64,000 nt of DNA, taken from contig JAZQDE010000052.1 in assembly GCA_045546695.1 (NCBI GenBank), forward strand, positions 797 through 64,796, read 5' to 3'. The notes under the pieces are model-generated. The model searched no databases. It saw only the letters and a list, made by a program, of their open reading frames with translations, and was not told the origin of the DNA. The position numbers were made by a program, and so were the translations under genes. Below are positions 39,543 to 49,115 of this stretch, piece by piece. The stretch's first letter is position 1. Every line of letters begins with the position of its first letter. Source of the stretch: Clostridia bacterium. Lineage in GTDB: Bacteria; Bacillota; Clostridia; UBA1212; UBA1255.

Positions 39543-41510
39543 TTATCTGCGTTTTTTTGACTTGAGTACTACTGCAAGTCCCATAACTGCCATAAGGCTG
39601 TATACTGCTGCAGAGCTTCCGCAACCTGATTTTTCTTTTGATGCCGGAACAAAATCAGTGTCAAACTTGTATCTGTAGTTGAATCTGTTGTTAGGTGCCA
39701 CGTCGCCCTTGTCGATGAAGTACATGATGTAATCTTCTTCAGGAATATTATCTGCAATCTTGAAGTCGATTGTGTACTTGTCACTGGACACACCGATAAT
39801 GCTCTTGGGAACAGACACAACCATTTCTTTGCCACTGTATTTAATCTGGCCTACACCTGCTGATGTGAATGCGTAAGTACCGTCAGCACCATAGCTGTCA
39901 ATTGATGTCATCTCACCGCTTACGGATCTGTTTACGACGTAGTCATATCCATGCCAGCCTGTATCATAATCAGCATCGCTGTTGATAAGTATATTCATCC
40001 AGTTTGTACCTTCAGGTGCTGTGATGTCTTCAACAGTCTTTATGTAGAAGTAGATATTGTTCTCATCAGATGATACTCTTACTTCTTCAAAATCATTACG
40101 GCCGGATTCTTCAACATATGTCTTCTTTGAGCCACTTACTGATGTAGGGTGATCTCTGTGCATTGTGTCATAAAGGTCATCATAGAAGATTGCCTCTGAC
40201 TGATTTATTGTAGCAAAGTTGTTGATGTCAACCGTAGTATACTCTTTGTATGTAGGAATCTCACGTGCACCCTTGAAAAGTCTTACGTAATTTGCAAGCT
40301 GGTAATAGTAGTTATCACCATAGCCCTTGCCATCGTAATTCTTCATAGGTGCAATGTCTCTTGAATATTCTGCACTAAGAAGGTCAACGAAGTATGAGTC
40401 GCCTTTTTTAGCATAGTGGTTACCCTGTATCTCTGCGCCTTCAGATATGAATCTTTGTGCAATCCATTCGTTCCACTGTGTTACGAGGACAAACTGCGGA
40501 TCTGCTTCGATAGCCCGTACCCACTGTTCACCAAATCTGATGCCTTCTTCTGTTCTGAATTCAGCGTCAATCGGCTGACCATACTCCATAGAGTAACTCT
40601 TACCGATATTCTGTGTAGGATGTCCTGCTGCAGCAACTGACATCATCTCAAGCTTATCAGCTGTCGAACCCGGACCCCAGCCACCTGTACCTGTCTCATC
40701 AAGCCATGGCCATCTGTTTGCACCTGTTTTCCATGCCCAGCAGTATCTCTGTGTAAAGAAGTCATAATATTCTGATGTCATGGCTGAATCAGGACAAAGA
40801 ATCAATGGCTTGCCATCTACGTAGTAAAGAGCATCCTGATATTCCTCATTTGTATAATAAATATCGTACAATTTATTGAGAACGTTACCAACTGTTCCGA
40901 GAGGACCGCCTGCGCAAATCATCCACGTAGCCTTGAGATATGACTGTCCTTCTTCTTTTCTCTTAAGATTCTCTTCAAAGAACACTTCATAAGCATCGTG
41001 ATAGAGGTAGCCATTACCTGCGTCAAAGAATACACCATCAACGCCTGCATCGCAGAGCATCTGGATATCTTTGCGGATTACCCATGGGTCATCACTTCTG
41101 AAATATCCGAAATACGGCTCATCCCAATAATGGAATGCATGCTGTCCGCCCCAGATGTATCTGCCTGTCTCTTTTGCCTTGTCAGTAATTTTTCTGATGT
41201 TATAAGGTCCCTGCAGACCTGAATGCCATGTGTAATAGAACATGAGAACATGTTTGTCTTCTTCAATATCATGTACGCCCTCGTCGTCGCCTGTAGCAAC
41301 CCATCTGTCGAGGTCATCTACTGCAACCCACGTGTCGCTCATTGTATCTCTGATATCGCCCCAGTCAGCTGTTGACAAGCTTGACCTGCCCGCCTGAACC
41401 GGCAGGAGTGAAAATGCGATACCCGCAACGAGAATCATCACGATAAATGTTCTGAAATATACAGACTTATTTTTAAATAACTCTTTCATCTCTTTAATCT
41501 CCATTTTCAA
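39543..41510 (-). CDS. Secreted GH99/GH71-like TIM-barrel glycosidase-like protein with C-terminal membrane anchor
   Basis: Sec signal ending PVQA; VLMFYYTWH, YWDEPYFGYFRSDDPWVIRK..AGVD..FFD and VTQWNEW; C-terminus KSGCGSS plus hydrophobic helix plus KSKKRR. Confidence 0.65.
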   Translation of the reverse strand: MKMEIKEMKELFKNKSVYFRTFIVMILVAGIAFSLLPVQAGRSSLSTADWGDIRDTMSDTWVAVDDLDRWVATGDDEGVHDIEEDKHVLMFYYTWHSGLQGPYNIRKITDKAKETGRYIWGGQHAFHYWDEPYFGYFRSDDPWVIRKDIQMLCDAGVDGVFFDAGNGYLYHDAYEVFFEENLKRKEEGQSYLKATWMICAGGPLGTVGNVLNKLYDIYYTNEEYQDALYYVDGKPLILCPDSAMTSEYYDFFTQRYCWAWKTGANRWPWLDETGTGGWGPGSTADKLEMMSVAAAGHPTQNIGKSYSMEYGQPIDAEFRTEEGIRFGEQWVRAIEADPQFVLVTQWNEWIAQRFISEGAEIQGNHYAKKGDSYFVDLLSAEYSRDIAPMKNYDGKGYGDNYYYQLANYVRLFKGAREIPTYKEYTTVDINNFATINQSEAIFYDDLYDTMHRDHPTSVSGSKKTYVEESGRNDFEEVRVSSDENNIYFYIKTVEDITAPEGTNWMNILINSDADYDTGWHGYDYVVNRSVSGEMTSIDSYGADGTYAFTSAGVGQIKYSGKEMVVSVPKSIIGVSSDKYTIDFKIADNIPEEDYIMYFIDKGDVAPNNRFNYRYKFDTDFVPASKEKSGCGSSAAVYSLMAVMGLAVVLKSKKRR

Positions 41511-41564
41511 ACGTATTAAAATTTATCATTAATTGTATAACAAAAACCTCTTGTCCGTCAATAG

Positions 41565-43115
41565 TCAATCAAGCATATTGAGTATCTGCTCACGTGCCTT
41601 TTCAGGAGCTGCAAGATCCTGAGTAAAATCTGTAAAGCTCTGTGCCACACTGTTTGCGATTGTATATGCAGCTTTCGGATTGATTTTTCTGAGCATATTG
41701 AGCAATTCCCAGTCCTGAAGACCATCTTTCGTCTCAAGGCCACGCATAGACATAAGAACATCGTTGTTCTTTTCATCGGGATAAATGATGTGTCCGTCGC
41801 CTTTGAATCTCGCCTGAGGCTTGATTCCGTACATCACACTGTCCACGAAATTAAATCCCCAATGCAGGAAACCCGTTATGTTCTGTGAAAAGCATGCGTA
41901 CTTTATAAATCTTGAATATGCGTAAGGCAAATCAACAAACTTGTTAAGCCACCAGTTATCCTCAGGGAAGCAACATGAGTAAACCCATAATTCTTTACCA
42001 TTTTTCACCTGTTTATGGTAAAAAACAGGGTCCTGCTGGTACACTTCGAGGCGCGGAACGAACCAATCTGCATATCCGTCAAGTTCTTCACTCATGTCGT
42101 GAATGTCGAGAGGCTCACCGCAAACAATATCAGGCATAACCTTGCGGCAGATGTCTCTGAGCCATTTCCAGTGAACAGTCTTGTGAGGTTCATCCTGAAG
42201 GTGTACTCTCAACATATGAAGAATATTGCGCTCTTTGAAGTAATTATAAATAGCTGTGTAATAAACTTCTGCCCAGATATCAGCATCTTCTGACGGAATA
42301 TCGAATTTACGAAGGGCGCCATTTTCATCGATTGACTGGATGTTATTGCCATCCACGGGAGAAACAGAGCCTGTTATGGCTACATATTTGAAGCTGCCGT
42401 TTTTGAGGAATATGTCAAGTGTCTTGTCAACCAGACTGAAGTCAAACTCCCATTTATCTTTTGCAACTCTCTTAGAGCCTGCGTCAGCAAGGAATTCCAC
42501 AATCGGCATCCACAAAGTATTCACGCGAAGATATTTCATCGCTTTGGCATAATTTGTCATAAGCTCTTCCCATTTGTCGGAATATCTGATTACAGCATCC
42601 GGACTCTTTGCGTTTGCGGCATTCATCGGGAAATATCCTCTTGCTGTGAAAAAGTATTCATGACCAAAATCAGAATCAGCTGGTTCAGGCAATGTAACAT
42701 TGTGAATCACCAACGATATTTTTGCAGTATACTCACCTGCGTTCGTTGTGAATTTTACGGGAATCATTACTTTTCCGGCGCTTGCATCCTGTGAAACGTC
42801 AAACGACACAACGACGCTGCACGTCGTATGTGCGAGGACGCTCTTTTCCTTTTCACCTGACAATATATCAGGATATGGAACGCCATCATTATAAATGATA
42901 TTATCGCGGAAATTGTATCTGAAGGATACGCCTTCGGGTGTGTTCTCGTCTGCAGATATATGAGTAACAGTAAAATCACCTTCATGTCTGAGGCAAACGA
43001 GGCATGATGCGCTCATATTCTTGCCCGAATGAATAGTGATGTCGCTGCGGTCATTTTTACCACAGCGACTGTTGGTCATAATCTGTTCAGAAATAAATTT
43101 TGTCCAGATATGCAT
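41565..43115 (-). CDS. DUF4091/GH123-like glycoside hydrolase, cytoplasmic
   Basis: HLQDEP, LWVYSCC, GFLHWGFN and GDGHIIYP..SMRGLETKDGLQDWELL (DUF4091 tail); RBS AAGGAG. Confidence 0.72.
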   Translation of the reverse strand: MHIWTKFISEQIMTNSRCGKNDRSDITIHSGKNMSASCLVCLRHEGDFTVTHISADENTPEGVSFRYNFRDNIIYNDGVPYPDILSGEKEKSVLAHTTCSVVVSFDVSQDASAGKVMIPVKFTTNAGEYTAKISLVIHNVTLPEPADSDFGHEYFFTARGYFPMNAANAKSPDAVIRYSDKWEELMTNYAKAMKYLRVNTLWMPIVEFLADAGSKRVAKDKWEFDFSLVDKTLDIFLKNGSFKYVAITGSVSPVDGNNIQSIDENGALRKFDIPSEDADIWAEVYYTAIYNYFKERNILHMLRVHLQDEPHKTVHWKWLRDICRKVMPDIVCGEPLDIHDMSEELDGYADWFVPRLEVYQQDPVFYHKQVKNGKELWVYSCCFPEDNWWLNKFVDLPYAYSRFIKYACFSQNITGFLHWGFNFVDSVMYGIKPQARFKGDGHIIYPDEKNNDVLMSMRGLETKDGLQDWELLNMLRKINPKAAYTIANSVAQSFTDFTQDLAAPEKAREQILNMLD

Positions 43116-43127
43116 ATTGTTCTCCTT

Positions 43128-44162
43128 TTACTTTGTATAAACGCAGAATTCGTAGAAGCTGCCCCACGCTCCGCCGGCTCTTCTGTATCTGATGAATCTT
43201 GCGCTCTCGTTTATATTAGTTATCTCGTAAGGCTCCACTACACTGTCAAGAGGATAACCTTCTTCAATAACTTTATACTCGCCGTCAATTGTGTCACAAA
43301 TCTCAATAACGAATTCAGACTGGCATGACTCAAAGTGGATAGTTATTGAATCCAGATCATATACCTGACCCAAGTCGAGAGTCCATGTAATCACTGTCTC
43401 TGTAGTGCCCGGCATTGGTGCCCAACGTGTAAGAATATCGCCGTCTATAGCAAACTCCGGCAGATATTTTTCACTTTCAGGCGCATTATCTGATGTAGCT
43501 GTCTTGCCAAGGGCAATATTACCTTCTGTTTCTGTATCCTCTTCAGCTACCATATTCTCGTTATACTCGAAGATATCCATTTCCCAGATACTACAAAAAC
43601 CTGTATACTCTGTTGTGAACATTACGTATCTTGCCTTTGTCTTCGGAACAACGAATTCATCATAAAGTTCAGCCGGTGCTTTTCTTGTAGTAAGAAGTTG
43701 CCATTCTGTGTCGGCTTCTGTCTTGTACATTATTTTATATGGATTCTGTAATGATTCAAACAGGATATTGATCTCACCGATTTCATACTCAGCACCAAGG
43801 TCAACTTCGAGCTTGCGCCAGCCGCTCTCATCAGAGTAGGTGCCGATACCGCTCCAACGTGTCGTCTCATCATCGTCAATAGCATACTCCGCATCATACA
43901 TTTCTTCAGTAACGTTTGCTGTAATAGTTACATTCTCACCTTCTGTAAGGTCATTGTATCTGATTGGTTCAGGTGTAGGTGTCGCATTCGGGTCCTCTGT
44001 GGGTGCCGCGGTCGGAACAGGTGTGGGTGCCTTTGTAGGTGCTGTAGTAGGCTTTGATGCCGGCTCTTCAGATGAATCGCCGCAGCCGACGAAACAACCA
44101 AGTACAATAATCATAGATAATAACAATGCTACGATTTTAAGTGTGCGGTTTATTTCTCTCAT
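43128..44162 (-). CDS. Lipoprotein with Pro/Thr stalk and two discoidin (F5/8 type C, CBM32-like) domains
   Basis: Lipobox FVGC; two repeats of AIDxD..TRW...L.(V/L)DLG..Y....I.I.FE...AR(Y/F)(V/I). Confidence 0.8.
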   Translation of the reverse strand: MREINRTLKIVALLLSMIIVLGCFVGCGDSSEEPASKPTTAPTKAPTPVPTAAPTEDPNATPTPEPIRYNDLTEGENVTITANVTEEMYDAEYAIDDDETTRWSGIGTYSDESGWRKLEVDLGAEYEIGEINILFESLQNPYKIMYKTEADTEWQLLTTRKAPAELYDEFVVPKTKARYVMFTTEYTGFCSIWEMDIFEYNENMVAEEDTETEGNIALGKTATSDNAPESEKYLPEFAIDGDILTRWAPMPGTTETVITWTLDLGQVYDLDSITIHFESCQSEFVIEICDTIDGEYKVIEEGYPLDSVVEPYEITNINESARFIRYRRAGGAWGSFYEFCVYTK

Positions 44163-44304
44163 AATCAATACCTTCCTGTATGTAGATTTTCTAGATAATA
44201 TCATTTTACAAACCATTCATTTTACTGTCAAGTAGCTTTTCTGCTTGAAGTTCTTTCATGATGTGATATACTTTAGCGGTAACACTTCATGAGGTGACAA
44301 AGAT

Positions 44305-45039
44305 ATGATTTCAATTGACAATATGATGAAAATAGAGACACATTCTCACACCAAGACGGTAAGTCCCTGCGGACATATCGAGCCTGAAAAAGTTGTTGAT
44401 GAATACATAAATGAAGGCTACGGCGCTATCATCATTACAGACCATTTTTCACGCAATATACTCTCAATATTTGAAGGCAATTATACAGATAAGATTGATT
44501 CCTACCTTGCCGGGTACAGATATTGCAAAGCTCATGCAAAAAAACGCGCAAAGGAAGGCGCTCCCCTTCTTAAGGTTATGCTCGGCGCTGAGATTCTTCT
44601 TGATACAAATCCTTCTGACATACTGCTTTTTGGTCTTACAGAAGACTTTTTCTATGAAAATCCGAACCTCTTTGACCTCGACCAGAAGGGCCTTTACGAG
44701 CTGCTTCACACCAAATACGACGCAGTGATGTATCAGGCACATCCTTTCAGAAAATATTGTAACCGTCAGAACCCTGCGTATCTTGATGGTGTAGAGGTTT
44801 ACAACGGAAATATGCGTCATGAAAACCACTCTGACGTCGCACTTCAATGGGCAAAGGATAACAACCTGCGCTTTAGCTCCGGCTCTGATTTTCACCAGAT
44901 GATGGATCTTGCCATGGGCGGCATGCTTGTGCCTGATTCGATTGAGAATATCCACCAGTTCAAGGATTATATAACAAACAATGACCCGTTATATATAGTT
45001 GACTCCGCGATTCAGGAGAAAGGCAATCTTAAAGTATGA
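44305..45039 (+). CDS. PHP-domain phosphoesterase
   Basis: ETHSHT, ITDH, GAE, QAHPFR, EVYNG and GSDFH metal motifs. Confidence 0.85.
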   Translation: MISIDNMMKIETHSHTKTVSPCGHIEPEKVVDEYINEGYGAIIITDHFSRNILSIFEGNYTDKIDSYLAGYRYCKAHAKKRAKEGAPLLKVMLGAEILLDTNPSDILLFGLTEDFFYENPNLFDLDQKGLYELLHTKYDAVMYQAHPFRKYCNRQNPAYLDGVEVYNGNMRHENHSDVALQWAKDNNLRFSSGSDFHQMMDLAMGGMLVPDSIENIHQFKDYITNNDPLYIVDSAIQEKGNLKV

Positions 45040-46898
45040 AAAAGCCACGGATAAAAAACAAGAAGAATCCTGTTCTTGCGCTCGTATATTGCGCGATGCT
45101 CGCATCTATGAGCATCGTACTTTCGCGTTATCTGTCAATATCTGTCGGAATGGGAATCAGAATCAGCCTTGGTAATCTACCTATTATATTATCCGGACTT
45201 ATGTTTGGTCCTTTCGCAGGTGCGGCCGTTGGCTTTGCAGCCGACTTTATAGGTGCTACAGTGCTCACAGGCACAACGCCGGCAAATTACAATCCTTTCC
45301 TTATGGCAGGACCGATTCTGATGGGTATCCTCCCCTGGCTTGTGCGCGTCATATTCTACGGTAAAAAGCGCGTAAAACACACTCTGCCGGCGCTTGCTTC
45401 CATTACTCTTATTACACATATGTGCACATCGGTGCTCATCACAACACCGATACTCAACTATTTCTTTATGAATTTTGAAGGTGTTGCTTTCTGGTCATTT
45501 CTGGGAACACGCGCGCTAATTTATGCCGCAACAGCAATCGTTGAAGCAGTTGCAATCTTTGCCCTTCTCAAGGCACGCGCTGTGAAAATAAAAAATATGA
45601 CGCCGGGATACAAGATGTCATACGAAGCGACCACTACGTATATTCATTCCGTAAGCTGGAAAGGCAGCCGTCTTGGCCTTAGCAGAATCACAGAACTTAT
45701 GCAGAAGCTTGGAAATCCTCAGGATTCTCTTAAATTCGTTCACGTTGCCGGCACAAACGGCAAAGGTTCCGTCTGCTCAATGGTAAATTCTGTATTGCTC
45801 GAAGCAGGATATACGGTCGGTTTGTTTACGTCCCCTTACATGTATCGTTTTAACGAAAGAATTCAGCTTAATTCCGAGCCGATATCAGACGAAGATCTGG
45901 CAGAAGTCACCTCCTACGTGCGTGCTTTTGCAGATGAAATGAAAGATTCCCCTACTGAATTTGAGCTTATCACCGCAATTGCCCTTGAATATTTCAAACG
46001 CAAAGAATGCGACGTCGTTGTTTTTGAAGTCGGCATGGGCGGATTGCTCGATTCTACAAACGTTATATCTACCCCACTCGTGTCGGTTATTACAAAAATT
46101 GACATGGACCACGTAAAGGAGCTCGGACCTACGCTCGCTGATATCACACGTGCCAAAGCAGGTATTATCAAAGACGGTGGTATAGTCGTTGCAACGGCCG
46201 ACCCGACAGGCGTTATAAAAGAGACTGTAGCTTCCAGAAATTGTCAGCTTTTCACGATGGATGACGATGCCATTGAGGTTATAGAATCTTCTGTGTGCGG
46301 CAATACGATAAATTATAAGAATTACAAAAATATTACAGTTCCACTTGCCGGTATTTACCAGGCAACAAACACAGCTATCGCCCTTGAGGTGCTCACAGTC
46401 CTTCGCGGAATGCTTAATATTTCACTTGAAAATATCGTTACAGGCTTAGAAAACGTTAGCTGGCCGGGCAGATTTGAGATAATGAAAAAAGAGCCTCTTT
46501 TCCTGTATGACGGCGCTCACAATATGCATGGCCTTAACGCAACACTTGCAAGTCTTGACAAATATTTCCAGGGCCGCAAGTTCATCGTTCTTACAGGAAT
46601 GATGGCTGACAAAGATGTGACACACATGGTTGAGCTTCTTGCCACTTGCTGCCAAAAAGTTGTCACGACTCGTCCTGACAACCCAAGGGCCCTTGATCCT
46701 GCAGAGCTTGCCGACAAGTTCAGGGCTACAAAGGCATGCTCAGGCGGCGCCTTTTCACCTGACGACGTGTATGTTACCGGAAATATCCATGACGCCATAA
46801 TCAAAGCGCATGAGATTGCCGGTGAAAATGATATAATTTGTGCATTAGGTTCACTTTATATGTATAAAGATATAAAAGGAGAGTTAAAAAATGATTAA
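45036..46898 (+). CDS. folC: Fusion of a folate-family ECF S component (about aa 1-185) and folylpolyglutamate synthase/dihydrofolate synthase FolC (about aa 194-620)
   Basis: The N-terminal TM region has IRISLGNLPIILSGLMFGPFAGAAVGFAADFIG (FolT). The C-terminal region has VAGTNGKGS, FTSPY..FNERI, EVGMGGLLDSTNV, WPGRFE, DGAHN and GSLY. No stop codon lies between them. Confidence 0.9.
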   Translation: MKKPRIKNKKNPVLALVYCAMLASMSIVLSRYLSISVGMGIRISLGNLPIILSGLMFGPFAGAAVGFAADFIGATVLTGTTPANYNPFLMAGPILMGILPWLVRVIFYGKKRVKHTLPALASITLITHMCTSVLITTPILNYFFMNFEGVAFWSFLGTRALIYAATAIVEAVAIFALLKARAVKIKNMTPGYKMSYEATTTYIHSVSWKGSRLGLSRITELMQKLGNPQDSLKFVHVAGTNGKGSVCSMVNSVLLEAGYTVGLFTSPYMYRFNERIQLNSEPISDEDLAEVTSYVRAFADEMKDSPTEFELITAIALEYFKRKECDVVVFEVGMGGLLDSTNVISTPLVSVITKIDMDHVKELGPTLADITRAKAGIIKDGGIVVATADPTGVIKETVASRNCQLFTMDDDAIEVIESSVCGNTINYKNYKNITVPLAGIYQATNTAIALEVLTVLRGMLNISLENIVTGLENVSWPGRFEIMKKEPLFLYDGAHNMHGLNATLASLDKYFQGRKFIVLTGMMADKDVTHMVELLATCCQKVVTTRPDNPRALDPAELADKFRATKACSGGAFSPDDVYVTGNIHDAIIKAHEIAGENDIICALGSLYMYKDIKGELKND

Positions 46899-47934
46899 AG
46901 AGCGTTTATTTGACCGTTCAGAAGATGGTAGCGAGATTATTTGCTACCGTATCGAAAACTCAACTTCATACGTTGAGATTCTCAATTACGGCGGAATTAT
47001 CCGTGCAATTGTTGTGCCTGACAAAGACGGAAATCTTACCGACGTTGCTATCGGAATGGACAGCATTCAGGGCTATAAAGACTATCATGGCTCATATTTC
47101 GGAGCACTCATCGGCAGATGTGCCAACAGAATCGGCGCAGGCAAATTTACATTAAATGGCAAAGATTATCAGGTTGCTTTAAACGACGGCGCAAATCACC
47201 TCCATGGTGGTATGAAGGGATACGAATCCTATATCTGGGAAGTTGATCCTTACGATGCAGATTCCGATACACTCGTACTTCACCACTTTGACCCGGATAT
47301 GCGTGAAAATTATCCCGGAAACGTAAAGATTACTGTTACCTACTCTTTCACAGAAAACAGCGAGTTGATTATTGATTACAAAGCTGTATCAGATGCAGAC
47401 ACAGTATTCAATCCTACAAACCACGCTTATTTCAACCTCAACGGCGCAGGCAGTGGCGATATTTACGGCCATTATCTGGAAATCAACGCTGATTATTTCA
47501 CACCTGTAAACTCAGCTTGTCTGCCGACAGGAGAAGAAAAGCCCGTTACTCCTGCAATCAGCTTCAAGCCCGGCAAAAAAATCGGCGATGGTCTTATCGG
47601 CTGCGCTGATGACCCTGATATCGTTGCAGGCGGCGGATATGACTGCAACTACGTACTCGGCGATAACGGCAAGATGAAAAAAGCTGCCACAGCAATCGGC
47701 GACGTAAGCGGCATAAAGATGGAAGTTTACACAACACAGCCCGGCGTTCAGCTTTATTCAGGCAACTTCATGTCTGATAACATCCCGGGAAAAGATGGCA
47801 AAATCTACAATTATCGTACTGCATTTTGCTTAGAAACACAGTTTGCACCTGACAGCATCAACCACCCCGACTGGGACAGCCCGATTCTGCGTGCAAACGA
47901 GCCCTGTCACTACATTACAAAGTACGTTTTCTGA
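46891..47934 (+). CDS. galM: Aldose 1-epimerase (galactose mutarotase)
   Basis: GRCANRI, NHLHGG, NPTNHAYFNL, YTTQPGVQLYSGN and CLETQ. Confidence 0.94.
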   Translation: MIKERLFDRSEDGSEIICYRIENSTSYVEILNYGGIIRAIVVPDKDGNLTDVAIGMDSIQGYKDYHGSYFGALIGRCANRIGAGKFTLNGKDYQVALNDGANHLHGGMKGYESYIWEVDPYDADSDTLVLHHFDPDMRENYPGNVKITVTYSFTENSELIIDYKAVSDADTVFNPTNHAYFNLNGAGSGDIYGHYLEINADYFTPVNSACLPTGEEKPVTPAISFKPGKKIGDGLIGCADDPDIVAGGGYDCNYVLGDNGKMKKAATAIGDVSGIKMEVYTTQPGVQLYSGNFMSDNIPGKDGKIYNYRTAFCLETQFAPDSINHPDWDSPILRANEPCHYITKYVF

Positions 47935-48050
47935 CAGATATTAATAAACAGTAAAACTTTATATTGCGGCGAAAATATCAATTGTATTTTTGAAAAACCC
48001 GCGGTATAATAGCAAAGTTAAAACTATATATTTTTTTGGAGGTTTTTAAT

Positions 48051-49061
48051 ATGGCAGTAAAAGTTGCTATTAACGGTTTCGGTAGAATTGGACGTCTTGC
48101 TTTCAGACAGATGTTCGACGCAGAAGGTTATGAAGTTGTTGCTATCAACGACTTAACAAGCCCTAAGATGCTTGCTCACCTTCTTAAATATGATACAGCT
48201 CAAGGTAGATATGATGGTCACACAGTTGATTTTGATGATAACTCAATCACAGTAGATGGCAAAAAGATTTCTATCCTCGCTGAAAAAGACGCAGCTAACC
48301 TTCCTTGGGGTGCTTACGATGTAGACGTTGTATTAGAGTGCACAGGTTTCTACACATCAAAGGAAAAGGCAAGCGCACACATCGCTGCCGGCGCTAAGAA
48401 AGTTGTTATTTCTGCTCCTGCAGGCAATGATCTTCCTACAATCGTTTATGGCGTTAACGAAGGCACATTAACAAAAGAAGATACAGTTATTTCAGCTGCT
48501 TCATGCACAACAAACTGTCTCGCTCCTATGGCTAAAGCTCTTAACGACTACGCTCCTATCCTCAGCGGTATCATGACAACTGTTCACGCTTACACAGGCG
48601 ACCAGATGACTCTTGATGGTCCTCAGAGAAAAGGCGACCTTCGTCGTTCACGTGCTGCAGCTGCTAACATCGTTCCTAACTCAACAGGCGCAGCTAAAGC
48701 TATCGGTCTTGTAATTCCTGAGCTCAACGGCAAACTCATCGGTTCTGCACAGAGAGTTCCTACATTCACAGGTTCTACAACAATCCTCGTTGCAGTAGTA
48801 GAAGGCAATGTTACTAAAGAAGGTATCAACGCAGCTATGAAGGCAGCAGCTAACCAGTCATTCGGTTACAACGAAGATGAGATCGTTTCTTCTGATATCA
48901 TCGGTATCAAATATGGTTCACTCTTTGATGCTACACAGACAATGGTAACAAAGATTGATGACAACCTTTCACAGGTACAGGTTGTTTCTTGGTATGACAA
49001 CGAAAACTCATACACAAGCCAGATGGTAAGAACAATTAAGTACTTCGCAGAACTTAACTAA
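48051..49061 (+). CDS. gap: Type I glyceraldehyde-3-phosphate dehydrogenase
   Basis: [19 protein letters not shown] and WYDNE; RBS GGAGG; promoter TTGTAT-17-TATAAT at about 47981-48009. Confidence 0.98.
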   Translation: MAVKVAINGFGRIGRLAFRQMFDAEGYEVVAINDLTSPKMLAHLLKYDTAQGRYDGHTVDFDDNSITVDGKKISILAEKDAANLPWGAYDVDVVLECTGFYTSKEKASAHIAAGAKKVVISAPAGNDLPTIVYGVNEGTLTKEDTVISAASCTTNCLAPMAKALNDYAPILSGIMTTVHAYTGDQMTLDGPQRKGDLRRSRAAAANIVPNSTGAAKAIGLVIPELNGKLIGSAQRVPTFTGSTTILVAVVEGNVTKEGINAAMKAAANQSFGYNEDEIVSSDIIGIKYGSLFDATQTMVTKIDDNLSQVQVVSWYDNENSYTSQMVRTIKYFAELN

Positions 49062-49076
49062 TTCCTACAAAAAATT

Positions 49077-49108
49077 AGCGCCGTTCAATCCGAACGGCGC
49101 TTTTTTTT
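49077..49108. terminator. Bidirectional intrinsic terminator after gap
   Basis: AGCGCCGTTC-aatcc-GAACGGCGCT-TTTTTTT. Confidence 0.88.
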
Positions 49109-49115
49109 AATCAAA

